Source: Stegostoma tigrinum (taxonomy: Eukaryota). From it: a stretch of 64,000 nt of DNA. The DNA lies in NCBI RefSeq assembly GCF_030684315.1, contig NC_081369.1, positions 2,656,689 to 2,720,688 on the forward strand, written 5' to 3'. The translations under genes were made by a program, and so were the position numbers. The notes under the pieces were generated by a model, which was given only the letters and a program-made list of their open reading frames with translations, was not told the DNA's origin and searched no databases. This document shows, in pieces, positions 12,875 through 23,800 of this stretch. Every line of letters begins with the position of its first letter. Positions within the stretch are counted from its first letter, which is position 1.

Positions 12875-13992
12875 ATGAACACAGCAGACCAAACAGCATC
12901 TTTAGAGCAGGAAAGCTGATCTTTCAGGCCTAGACACTTTATTAGAAATGGGGGTGGGGAAGAGGATTCTGAAATAAATAGGGAGAGAGGGGGAGGCAGA
13001 TTGAAGATGGATAGAGGAGAAGACAGGTGGAGGGACAGAGAAGTCCAAGAGGCAGGGGTGGAGTCAATAAAGGTGAGTGTAGGTGGGGAGGTAGGGAGGA
13101 GATAGGTCAGTCCAGGGAGGATGGACAGATGAAGTGGGCAGGATGAGGCTACTACGTAGGAGATTCAGGTGGGGCTTGAAGTGGGAGGAAAGGATAAGTG
13201 GGAGGAAGAACAGGTTAGGGAGGCGGGGATGAGTTGGGCTGGTTTTGGGATGCAGTGGTGGGAGGGGAGACTTTGAACCTTGAGAAATCCACATTGATAC
13301 CAAAGGGCTGCAGGGTTCGCAAGCGGAATATGAGTTGCTATTCCTGAAACCTTCAGGCAACATCGTTGTGGCACTGCAGGAGGCCCAGGATGGACATGTC
13401 GTCTGAGGAACATGAGGGGGAGTTGAAATGGTTTTCGACTGGAAGATGCAGCTGTTTATTGCGAACCAAGCGTAGGTGTTCTGCAAAGCTGCCCCCAAGA
13501 CTACACTTGGTTTCCCCGATGTAGAGGAGGCCACAATGGGAACAGCGGATGCAGTATACCACGTTAGCAGATGTGCAAGTGAACCTCTGCTTGATGTGGA
13601 GGGTGTTCTTAGGGCCAGGGATGGGGTGAGGGAGGAGGTGCTGTGGCAGGTGTAGCACTTCCTGTGGTTGCAGGGAAATGTGCTGGGTGTGGTGGGGCTG
13701 GAGGGGAGTGCGGAGCGGACAAGTGAGTCATGGAGAGAGTGGTCCCTCCGGAAAGCAGATAAGGGTGGGGAATGAGAAATGGTGATGGGTTTGGATTGCA
13801 AATGGCAGAAATACCAGAGGACGATGTGTTGAACTGGCAGGTTGATAGGGTGATATGTGAGGACGAGGGGTATTATCTTTTGGTTGTTATTGTGGAGACG
13901 GGGTGTGAGGGATGCATTGCAGGAAATGCGGGAGACATGGTCAAGGGCGTTCTCGGCCACTGTGGGGGAGGAAGTTGAGGTCCTTGAAAAAC
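12875..13992 (-). mobile_element. Penelope-like element (RT C-terminus, GIY-YIG endonuclease, terminal repeat)
   Basis: ORF 13353..13658 FTCTSANVVYCIRCSHCGLLYIGETK; ORF 13064..14107 IPLVLTYHP. Confidence 0.9.
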
Positions 13993-14906
13993 GATCATCT
14001 AATTCAATCCCCTGTTCCTGCTTTCTGTCCATATACAATGATCCATTAAAAACTATATCTACATGTTTCTTGAAAGTCTTCAATGTTTTTGTCTCAACAG
14101 TTTTCATTTAATTAAGAAGTAACAGGTAAGTAACAAACATAATGCTTGCAAACCTCAACATGTTTGGCAACACTTGTGCAAACAGAAAGAAATAGTGTTA
14201 ACATTTCCCATCGAGTATGACCCTTCCTCAGAGCTGCTAGGTTAACTAGAACCCTCTGAAGCCCCCGACTCTAATTCAGAGTGTGATCAGTTTCAGTCAG
14301 ATCCTCATACCAGGTGATTTCCCTCTGAAATCATCAACTTCCCAGACACTTAACACATGTAGTAAGTCATGACGTCTAGACATCCCAGTTGCACCCAGTC
14401 TGCAAGTATTCAGGGACTGGAAGAACTCAGCTTCATGGAAATTCCCAATGAATGCCATTGCATTGGAGAATGAATAAAAGTAACTTGTGCTTGTTTATTT
14501 GATTATTTTCCTGCACATTTTATTACAATACATTTTATCACGCTTCAAAACTGGGCAGTCGCCAAAGGTGAATGTGGAGCGAGAAATATTTCTTAGATGC
14601 CAGAAAGCCAATTGTTTTTTCAAACATTTTTCATTTATCGATAATTTCTTCTTTGCTGAAAACTACTTAATGCATTTCTAATCAATTAAAAAATACACCA
14701 CATGGTGGCATGCATATCTGCACAACCGTGTTAATGTCACTCCATCAAAGTAAGCTACCATCTGTGGTAACTGACAACAGGTTTGTGCTGAGAAATTGTG
14801 CAACTTGGAACCATTGACATGTTGGTTTATTGTGCAAGACATACCATTCAACTGAGCTTATAGGCAAGTTGAAATATTGTAGAGCTGAGCTCAATACATG
14901 AAACAC

Positions 14907-15270
14907 AGGGAGGTGATGGTCTAATGATATTATCACTGGACTGTTAATCCAGATGCCCAGGTAATGTTCTAGGGACCTGGGTTTGAATCCCATGATGGAA
15001 GATGGTGGAATTTGAATTCAACAAAAAATCTGGAATTAAGAGTCTAACGATAACCATGAGACCATTGTACAATTGTCAGGAAAATCCCATCTCGTTCACT
15101 TTCGTCCTTTCGGGAATAAAATGGCCTTCTTTACCTGGACTGATCTACCTGTGACTCCAGACCTACAGGAATGAGGTTGACTCTTACATACACTCTGGGC
15201 AATTAGGGATGGGCAATAAATGTTGGCTGAGTCTGTGATGTCTTCATCCGATCAATGAATACAAAAACAA
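14907..15270 (+). mobile_element. tRNA-derived Deu-SINE (SacSINE1-like)
   Basis: tRNA-like head gggaggtgatggtctaatg...ggacctgggtttgaatccca, core ccttacctggactg..ctacctgtgactccagacc, LINE-derived tail gggcaattagggatgggcaataaa. Confidence 0.75.
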
Positions 15271-16699
15271 AACGCCTTTAAAATCATAAGTGTTTAATTT
15301 AGTTCTAATATTATTGAGCATCTAAGCTTTGGGATGTTTTAGATTTCAATTACTTACATATTTTGTCAATGAACTGCAGATTTGCTGGCTCTCTTTCAAA
15401 CTCATGTTAAATGATCCGAACACCATTGCAGCAGATCCCATTTCTGCAGTCAGTCATTTCACATTTATTGATCAATGGAAAACAAGAAAACACATACATG
15501 ACAGGACAAGAAGACACCAACTTTTTAACAACTGGGTCAAGTTATGATTCAAATCTCATGGCTTAAATTTCAAAATAAATTTCAACAGTTTCTAGAAAAG
15601 TCCAGTATTGTGACAACACAGCAACACCTGGAAGACCACACATCACAAACGTAACGCTGAAGACAGGTCAAGTCAGTCCACATGATCTCCAGTAATAGAG
15701 GATTTCTTAAATTATAAAGCATAGCTCACACATATCGATTCTCGGCTGGAAAATTTAAATTTGAGTTGTCTCCAAAACTACCTTGTTTCTGATTTAATAA
15801 TGTACTGGACTTGTTCCACTGAATATTGTCAAATGGAATTCATGTTTTTTTTTACCTGATGTGTACATAGCTGGTCATCTCACTGATTGTTCACAGTTAA
15901 TTGTCCTTAAGAAACTGGTGTTGATCCTTCTTCAGGAACTGGTGCACTCAGTGTGGCTCAGATCCATCCAATATGTTGCAAAGAGAATAGGTAATTTTTA
16001 TCCAGGCGAAACTCAGATGATTACAATTCCAAGGTAGGTGACCCATATCATAACTGATGACTGCCTATCTTCTATCCAAAGGGTACAATTGCATAATATT
16101 ATGGAGCATTTCCAGTTACCATTACCGAGATGAAAGCAGTTGTGACAGAACTCCAGAGAGTAGCAACGTCCAGGACAAAGCAGCATATTTAATCTGAAAA
16201 CACTGTTTTAAATTATCATTTTACCTTACACGTAATATTAGCACTTCAGAAAGAAACAAACTGATCTCGGCAGTCATTGACAGGCATTGGTAAAGACAGC
16301 GAATTAATATGAGTAGCACATATGAGCAGCAAACCTGTGGTATGTTTAAATTGAAAACATTCATTTCATACTGAGCTCCCTTCCGAACATCTATATTAAA
16401 AAGGATCACAACATATAAAAGCAATCACCGCTTTTCGGCCTTTACATGGTCCTAGATCCTTTTAAGCCGTGGAGTTGACAGATTCCCGAGACCGAAAATA
16501 CTCAATGCGGTTTCCTTACGATGAGAGTATTTCTTGACAGCACTCAGGTGGAGCATTGGAAAGAAAGTTGCCGAAGCACCAGCACAATGCGATAAATGAA
16601 TCATTCAATAACCAGCTTGTATGTCACGTCGAATGATGAAACAATGTCACAAATTACAAGACTTCTAAATATATTTAAACAGAATAACGTAACGAACCC

Positions 16700-16840
16700 G
16701 AGAAGACAAAATGTAGAGCTGGATGAACAAACGTCAGTCTTCCTGCTCCTCTGATGCTGCTTGGCCTGCTGTGTTCATCCTGCTCTACACCTTCTTATCT
16801 CAGATTCTCCAGCATCTTCAGTTCCTGCTATCTCTGAAAC
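16700..16840. mobile_element. Mini fold-back Penelope-terminus insertion with 14-bp TSD
   Basis: TSD aacgtaacgaaccc at 16686-16699 and 16841-16854. Confidence 0.85.
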
Positions 16841-17763
16841 AACGTAACGAACCCAACAGGAAGATCAAGTGCTCTCGATTTTAAATTCGTAGAGGCACTT
16901 AAAAGGTAATAAGAAACAGGATTTCGGCAGGGTAATCTGATATTGCTGCTCGTTTCTTCAGGATGCTATGGGTGAGAGATTTATAATTGAGCCCCACTTT
17001 CCTCCTTGCATTCCAAGATGTAGCAGCAGTTTCTCCTCCATGTCCTTCAAATTGCTACAGTTGCAGTGGGCAGCTTCTTCCCAACATTTCATTTTAAGAA
17101 GCTAACAACACTGAAAAGCAAAAGCACTTGTCCGTGTCTGCCGAACAAGGAGCCAACAAATCAAAGCATACTATCGAGGATTCAGTGTGAAGCCTTGCAG
17201 ATTATAGCATTTCAACTGCACATTCGAGCAAAGACAACTTGTAAAAGGGATAAAGGTGCCTGTCACTGATATCTGTTCAGGCAACAGGTTCCACATTGCT
17301 AGCACACTCGGGGATAAATTGTTTCATCATCACCCCCTCAAACTTTTCCATCAATGTCTCTAAGTCTATCACCCCCGCCTCACTGACATCAATATGAAGG
17401 TCACTGACATTTTCCCCACCGGCCCATCTCAGTTTTGTGCATTCCAATGAAATTCCCCCTCAGACTCATATTCTTTCCGTGTTAAAATCTTCATCCCATC
17501 CAATCCAATCACGTCTCAACAACAACCTCCCAAATACCGTCTATACCTCCTCTAGTGTCATAATTTTTGTAGCAGCTTCCAGCTGCAAAACCAACAGATC
17601 TTATTTGAGAAGGCGTGCGTTTTTTACACTCAGAAAGTAGTCATGTGCTCATTGACGCACACATGCATACATGAATAAGTTGGAGACACAGCTGAGCATT
17701 TAAGAAGCATTTGTCAGTCCTGTTCTCAGTCACAACTAATGGTCTCAGATTTTCGCTGCCAAT

Positions 17764-17818
17764 ATGTCTACGTGCCAATCACTGTGGGATGTCCGTCTGC
17801 TGTGCATCTTATGCGGAG
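17764..17818 (+). CDS. Gene A exon 1, probable leader (MSTCQSLWDVRLLCILCG)
   Basis: ATG to phase-1 GT donor 321 bp before the V exon; joins to give LLCILCGAAVG; the donor gtatat is weak. Confidence 0.55.
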
Positions 17819-20800
17819 GTATATATTTCTTTTGCTGTGCATTCACTGATCATAAGGAAGACACAATGTAAACTTACAGGTAGATTTGATAAATAAATGG
17901 ATATTTTTCATTCTTGTTGTCTTTCTTTTTTCAAGTCAGTTATTCCCAGAACTCATTTGTCACTGGGTCTGTCAGAAAAAAATGTAACATTCAATTAGGA
18001 CAATAGTTTAAAATGGGAGAATTAGTCGAAGAGTAAAATGTGGTAGATTGCTGTTGCATCAATGGCCTGGAATAAAGATGTTACTGAGGTGGTGCAGACT
18101 GTCCTTCGTGTTCAATCTATGTGTTTCCTTGGTTGACAGCTGCTGTGGGCAATTCCGCCAAAGTGAATCCGGACCTTACGCGAAAAACGGTGCAGGGAGG
18201 TTCATCAGTTCTCATGCACTGTACTTTCTCCGCCGAATTTGATTATTCAAATGTTACAGCTTACTGGTGGAAAGAAGATAATAAAACCGTTCTGCAGGAG
18301 GACAGCAAAAAGCTCTTCCGTGTAATTAGAGGAGAAGCCTCCCTTAAACTCCTGAACGTGACAGTCCGGGACGCTGGAACGTATCACTGTGCAGTCGCAT
18401 ATCAGAAACAAAAGCTTGGGCAAGCTGCTGTGCAACTTATTGTATATGGTAAGTGTCACCGCAGATAAACACGGAGTCTTAGCTGCTTGAAAACAATCTA
18501 AAACAGGAATCAAAACAATGTATTAGACACAGACATTTTGCGTATAATATTGGCAGTTGTTTAAAATGAAACGTTAAAGAAAATGGAGACCTTGGAGAAC
18601 CAGGAAATCCTCAAAATTTGAGATCTACTCTGTGTTAAAAATAAATCCCTTGTGGGATGTGGGCATCAGTGGCTGCCCAGCATTTATTGCGTGTCCCTAG
18701 TTGCCCTTGACAAGATGGTGGTGAGCTGCCTTCTTGAACAGCTGCAGCCCATGTGCTGGAAGTAGAATCACAATGCGATTAGGGGGAAATTACAGGATTT
18801 TCACCCAGTGTCAGTGAAGGAACAGTGCTATATTTCCAAGTCAGCATGGTGAGTGGCTTGGGAGAAACTGGCAGCTGGTGGTGTTTCCAAATACTTACTG
18901 CCCTTGCCCTTCTAGATGGTAGTGATCGTGCGTTTGGAAGGTGTTGACTGAGGGCTTTTGGTGAATTTCTGCGGTGCATCTTAGAAGTTACACGCTGCTG
19001 CTGCTGAGTATATGTGGTGGAGTGACTGAATGTGGTGCCAATCAGTGAGTGAGTGACTTTTTACTGGATGGTGTCAAACTTCTTAAGTGCTTTTGGACCT
19101 GCTGGCGTGCAGGCAACTGGGGAACATTCCAACACACTGCTGACTTGTGCCTTGCAGATGATGGACAGGCTTTGGGGAGTCAACAGTTGAGTTACTTGCT
19201 GCGGTATTCCCAGCCTCTGACCTGCGGTTCCATTTATATGGCTCACCCAGTTCTGTTTTTGCTCAATGGTCACCTCCAAAATGTAGATCGTGGGGAACTC
19301 AACTGATTGTGTGATGCCACTGAATGTTAGATTGTTTCTTATTGGAGATGGTGTTTGCCTGGCATTTGTGTGGCCTGCACATTCCTGGTAACTTTCAGCT
19401 CAAACCCGGATGGTGTTCAGTTCTTGCTGCACTTGATCATGGGTTGTTTCAGTTTTATGCATTTAGCTTATTTGCATTTATGCATTTTGCAGCAAAATTG
19501 ATTGCAGTACTCTCAAGTTTTACGTTGTATATGAATATAGAGTTACGGAATGAATATCCTTGAAGTTGTTTGTAGTACTATGCATTTTGAAATGTTTCTT
19601 ACCTCATGAAGAGAGCCAAGTTCTCAGCCCCATCACTTGGATGGCTTTTGTTAAATTTATTGAATCCAGGTCCGATTCCTCATCCTGTTTGCAAAAGAAA
19701 GGTGCAGTATGACAAATCAATCATGTTCCTGTTATTAAGCAGAGACAAATTCTGGAAACTCTTTTTTCTACATATGCAGGAGGTGTATGGAAAGCATTCG
19801 AGAGATTTTTTAAGCTGATAAATGGAATATCAATTTTATGTACTGTTCATAGCAATAATTAATACAACTTTCGTGCTGGAAATAAGATGTTTTGGTAACA
19901 TAAAAAATATATTTTTGCAGAAGATGCAAAGTCAATTTATTTAATTTGTGTTATTCACCATTCAGCTCTACCAGCTCCTCTGAAAATTGTCTCTGTTCCA
20001 TCGGAAGATCTTTTTTCTGCTTCTCTTCGACTCCAGTGCAGGACGTCTGACTTTTACCCGAAAGACTTTAACCTTACTTGGTTCAAAAATGGTACAAAGA
20101 TATTGACAGGATTTAGGAATGAACAGCTGGCAAAGCCTGAGGGTCTTTATGAAGTCGTCAGCACCTTAGAGTTGCGAGAGGCAGTCGAGAGTGGGACAGC
20201 TTACACCTGTCAAGTATATCACGTTTCAAGCTCATTTCCAGCAAATGCCAGCTATACTGTGATAAATAAAGGTAATATTTCATAGTATGTGGAACATTGA
20301 ATGCTCACATGTCATTCAAATGGGTAAATATGTAGAAAATGATTTTGGCAGTTTTTTGTATGTGATAACATCAAAATACAGTTATTTGTATGTGATAACA
20401 TCAAAATACAGTTATTTGTATGCGATTAAATCAAAGTTGAAATCAGGCCCTATTGTATGGATTTAAGTTTTCTTTCTTCGTGCTGTTTGGAGCTGATATA
20501 TAATTATTACATGTGCCTTTATTAAATGACGGATTAGTCCTCAACAATGGTCGCACAATTATTTTCTGCATACACTGTTGACGCGCAAAGGGCTGCATGA
20601 TCAATGTTAATTCTTCACAAAAGGTGAACAGTATTGAATTTGTTCAGGCCACAGAGGTTACTGTGTGCACTTCTGTCACCCTCCTACAAAAGGGATTTTA
20701 TGAAACTAGAAAGAGTGCAGAAAATATTGCCTAGGATGCAATGTAGACTGGAAAGTTTGAGTTACAACGAGGGTGTGGAGAGGCTGGGTCTCTTTTCTCC

Positions 20801-23800
20801 ACCCTGGTGAAGAGCAGATTGAAGGGTGCCTTGCAGAGGTCTATAAAATCATGACAGGCACAGATAAGTAGATAGCTAACAGCTTTTCCCCATGTTAGGG
20901 GAATCTAAAACTAGAGGGCAATCGTTTAAGGCGAGAGGAAAGAGATACAAAAGAATCCAGTGCAGCATTTTTTTTCACACAGCGATGAGGATGGTGAGTC
21001 TTGATGGGCTGTTAGAGGAGTAGTAGAAGCAACACCGTTTTGTCACTTAAGGAACATTTGAACAGGTAAATGGATGGGTTAGGCATGGAGGGACACGGAT
21101 GAAATGCAGCACCTGGGACTAGTTTAATTGTGAAAACTAGGCAGCACAGAAAAGTTGGGATGAAGGGCTTGTTTCCATGCTGTAAATCTCCATGACTCTA
21201 TGATATAGCAGCACTCAACCAAGCAGCTTCAGTTTAATTCCTCATTCACCAGAGCGCCACATACTTGATTAGTTGCTGACCTTTGATTCATAGCTGATTG
21301 GGTTGTAACTGCAGAGAGATTAAAATTATTTTAACTGAAGTTTACCTCCATGTGAATCTGAAGGAAATCGGGAAGCAGGTTTGAAGATTTATTTTTTTCA
21401 GACATTTTGTACGCAATCCGATTCAACTCCCACCAAATGATTTAATATTTAGTGACATAGCTTCGAGGGCTGAACACTAATTGTAATTAGCTCTGTTTCC
21501 GTTCATTTCAAATTTGGCAATAGTTGAGGTAGTTTCCACATTTGCCTATTTCTCTAAATTCCAGACATTTTGTGTCCGATTACATCGGGATCAGCTGAAA
21601 AATTGAAAAATTGAAATGCTGAGACTTCAAGCACTATATTTGCCATATTTACAAGGCAGTACGATTGAGAATGATGTACATGACATTTTAACCTGTATAT
21701 CTTCAGTATATGTTGTGACTCTTAAATTTGAATGTACATTAACATTACAGATTTTGCCTCGAACATCAGTGTTACTGTCGCCGCTGGTTGTGCTGCTGGT
21801 GCATTTGCAATTCTAATATTGGTCCCGATGATGGCCAAGGGTTTTCTGTTCTTTACATCCAAAGGTATGAACAGGGATAAAATGTCTCATTTAAATTAAC
21901 ATAATTGGGAACTGAACTTCTGAGCTATGTAACTTAAGCAACTATTTTATATAAAAACTCATCAAAATATATACCTTGCTTCACGTCAAATTATAAAAGA
22001 AGAAGGTTTGCAGCTTCAGTTTGCTCAGTTCTATTGGTGTAGATCAAAATTCATTGCTGAAAGAAGTTTCCATAGTTTCAACCCTCAAAACATAAATTCA
22101 AAGCATCTGTGTGTAACATTTAGAGCTACATTGCGAAACTGTTGGTCCTGTTATACCCTGTTTATAATTGCCAAATATTAGTTGACTTGCTTTTGGTCTC
22201 TTTGGTTTGTCATTGAGTACAAATATCAACCCTTTTTGTGTCAACTTCTGTCATTTTTATTTCTCAGGACGGGAAACCAAAAATTCAAGAAATCCAACTC
22301 AGCAAGAAGACGGGGTGAGGCAATTTTTCTTCATTCTCTATATTTTAATTTTCAAGTCTCATTGAACAATTTAAACTGGGAATCAGCATATGACTTTTGA
22401 ACATGCCAAGATGAGTCTTGAAGATTTCATAAGCTCTCAAAAGCTTAATTTCTGCTGAATAAAAACAAAATAAAGGAAATAGGATATAATGGAAAATTTC
22501 ACAAACAGTTGTAACTATGTTATATCACCATACTTGTTTATAAATGTGTAAGCTGTATCAATTAACTTTTTCTGATACTTTCAACTATTAATCATAGGTT
22601 TGAAGCTGACAGGCAACTTTGATTTTTCTTTTCTTTCATTATTAACAAGTGACAGTGTGCTGAATAATTTTGCCACATTGGTTACAGACATTATAATCAA
22701 TGTTGATTACATTGAGCTGATGACTATTTTGAATGGGAGCTTTCTAATTCGAAAGAGAAATGTTTGTTCTCTCCTTCCTTTCTACGTCGTTCAAAATTAA
22801 CTCATGCACTAGTCTAAGCTCGGTGATTGTGTCTGACTTCCACCCAGCGCCTGTACCAAAGCACTCAATATATTTTGTGGACAGCTTGCACAAGTTGGCT
22901 TCCTTAAATAACTTTTACTGTAGGTTGCCCCTCTGCGAGTCCAACGTGTTGCAACAACATGCTATCTTGAAACAGAAATAGACGAATTATTGTGAGGAAA
23001 TCGCGTCTCATTTTTAATTTTCAAAAATTGTATATCAGTGGCTTGTGAAAGGAAGCTCCCTATCTGTTGACTAATTCAGTAATAACTGAGAACAGTTTGT
23101 CTAAACTCTTAAAAATTAAAGTAAAACGTTGCCGACGTCAGAATACGCAAATGAATTACACATGTGGTTCTTGACTCCGAATGAGTGCATTGCATACCAG
23201 CATATTTAATTACTTTAAATGCATTTTCAAAGCTGTTGAAGTCTTTTAATGAATTCAATGGCTTTATTGTCTCAGTTTCAGTCGAGGGTCTGAGCTTGCC
23301 ATTTTAAAGAAACTTCCCCGAAATCCCTCCCTGACAACAATGTCACGAAATTCCCTGGACTGCAGTAAATCGAGAAAGCCGGTTAACTTCTGGGACCTTA
23401 ATCGTAAGCAGTTATTGGCGCCAAATACTCGTCTTGTCACGGAGGCTCTCATACCATTAAAAGTAGTTGGTGGTGCGGAAATGACTCGTTTCTGTACTGG
23501 AGGTGTAGCAAAAGTTAAATTTCTTTCTTGGGGTCTTCACAAAACCCGAACAAAGTTTTTTTTTCGTTACTGCACGTCTTTCTGTGAAATGTTGCACCTG
23601 CACTGTTGGAGGTAACGGAATAAAGTCCTCTGATGTCCAGATGCAATGCTGAACCTGTGCTTCATTGTTTGATAAACAGTGGATCAGATCAAAAGTGAAG
23701 ACAAAATTAACTATGATTGAGAAATACCTCACAGAAGACCAAAGAGTACCTTTTACAGCAATGAAATATTGTGGTTTACTTTTCAGACAAAAGCGCATTG

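Larger units (their letters stand above)
8830..14855 (+). repeat. Segmental duplication copy 1 (paralogous to ~35245-40610)
   Basis: Colinear matches 9440-10270 with 37015-37850, 11600-12874 with 39220-40335, and 14560-14855 with 40320-40610. Confidence 0.8.

Noticed and set aside
13064-14107. 347-aa ORF, the longest in the track, as a host gene
   Set aside because: Chimeric read-through of a frameshifted Penelope element and flanking CR1-derived sequence
14907-15000. tRNA gene
   Set aside because: tRNA-like SINE head continuing into a SINE core and LINE tail; the same applies to the HE1 heads
17886-17990. Hydrophobic frame KWIFFILVVFLFSSQ as an alternative leader for gene A
   Set aside because: No in-frame ATG; explained by T-rich intron sequence
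18140-20271. Rearranging Ig/TCR locus (V and C segments)
   Set aside because: V exons include the G strand, no RSS or separate J segments were seen, and the tail carries ITIMs
23276-23615. CpG-richer intronic stretch with acceptor, donor and a 91-aa ORF inside gene A
   Set aside because: In the phase required after exon 5 it hits TGA within a few codons; no recognisable domain
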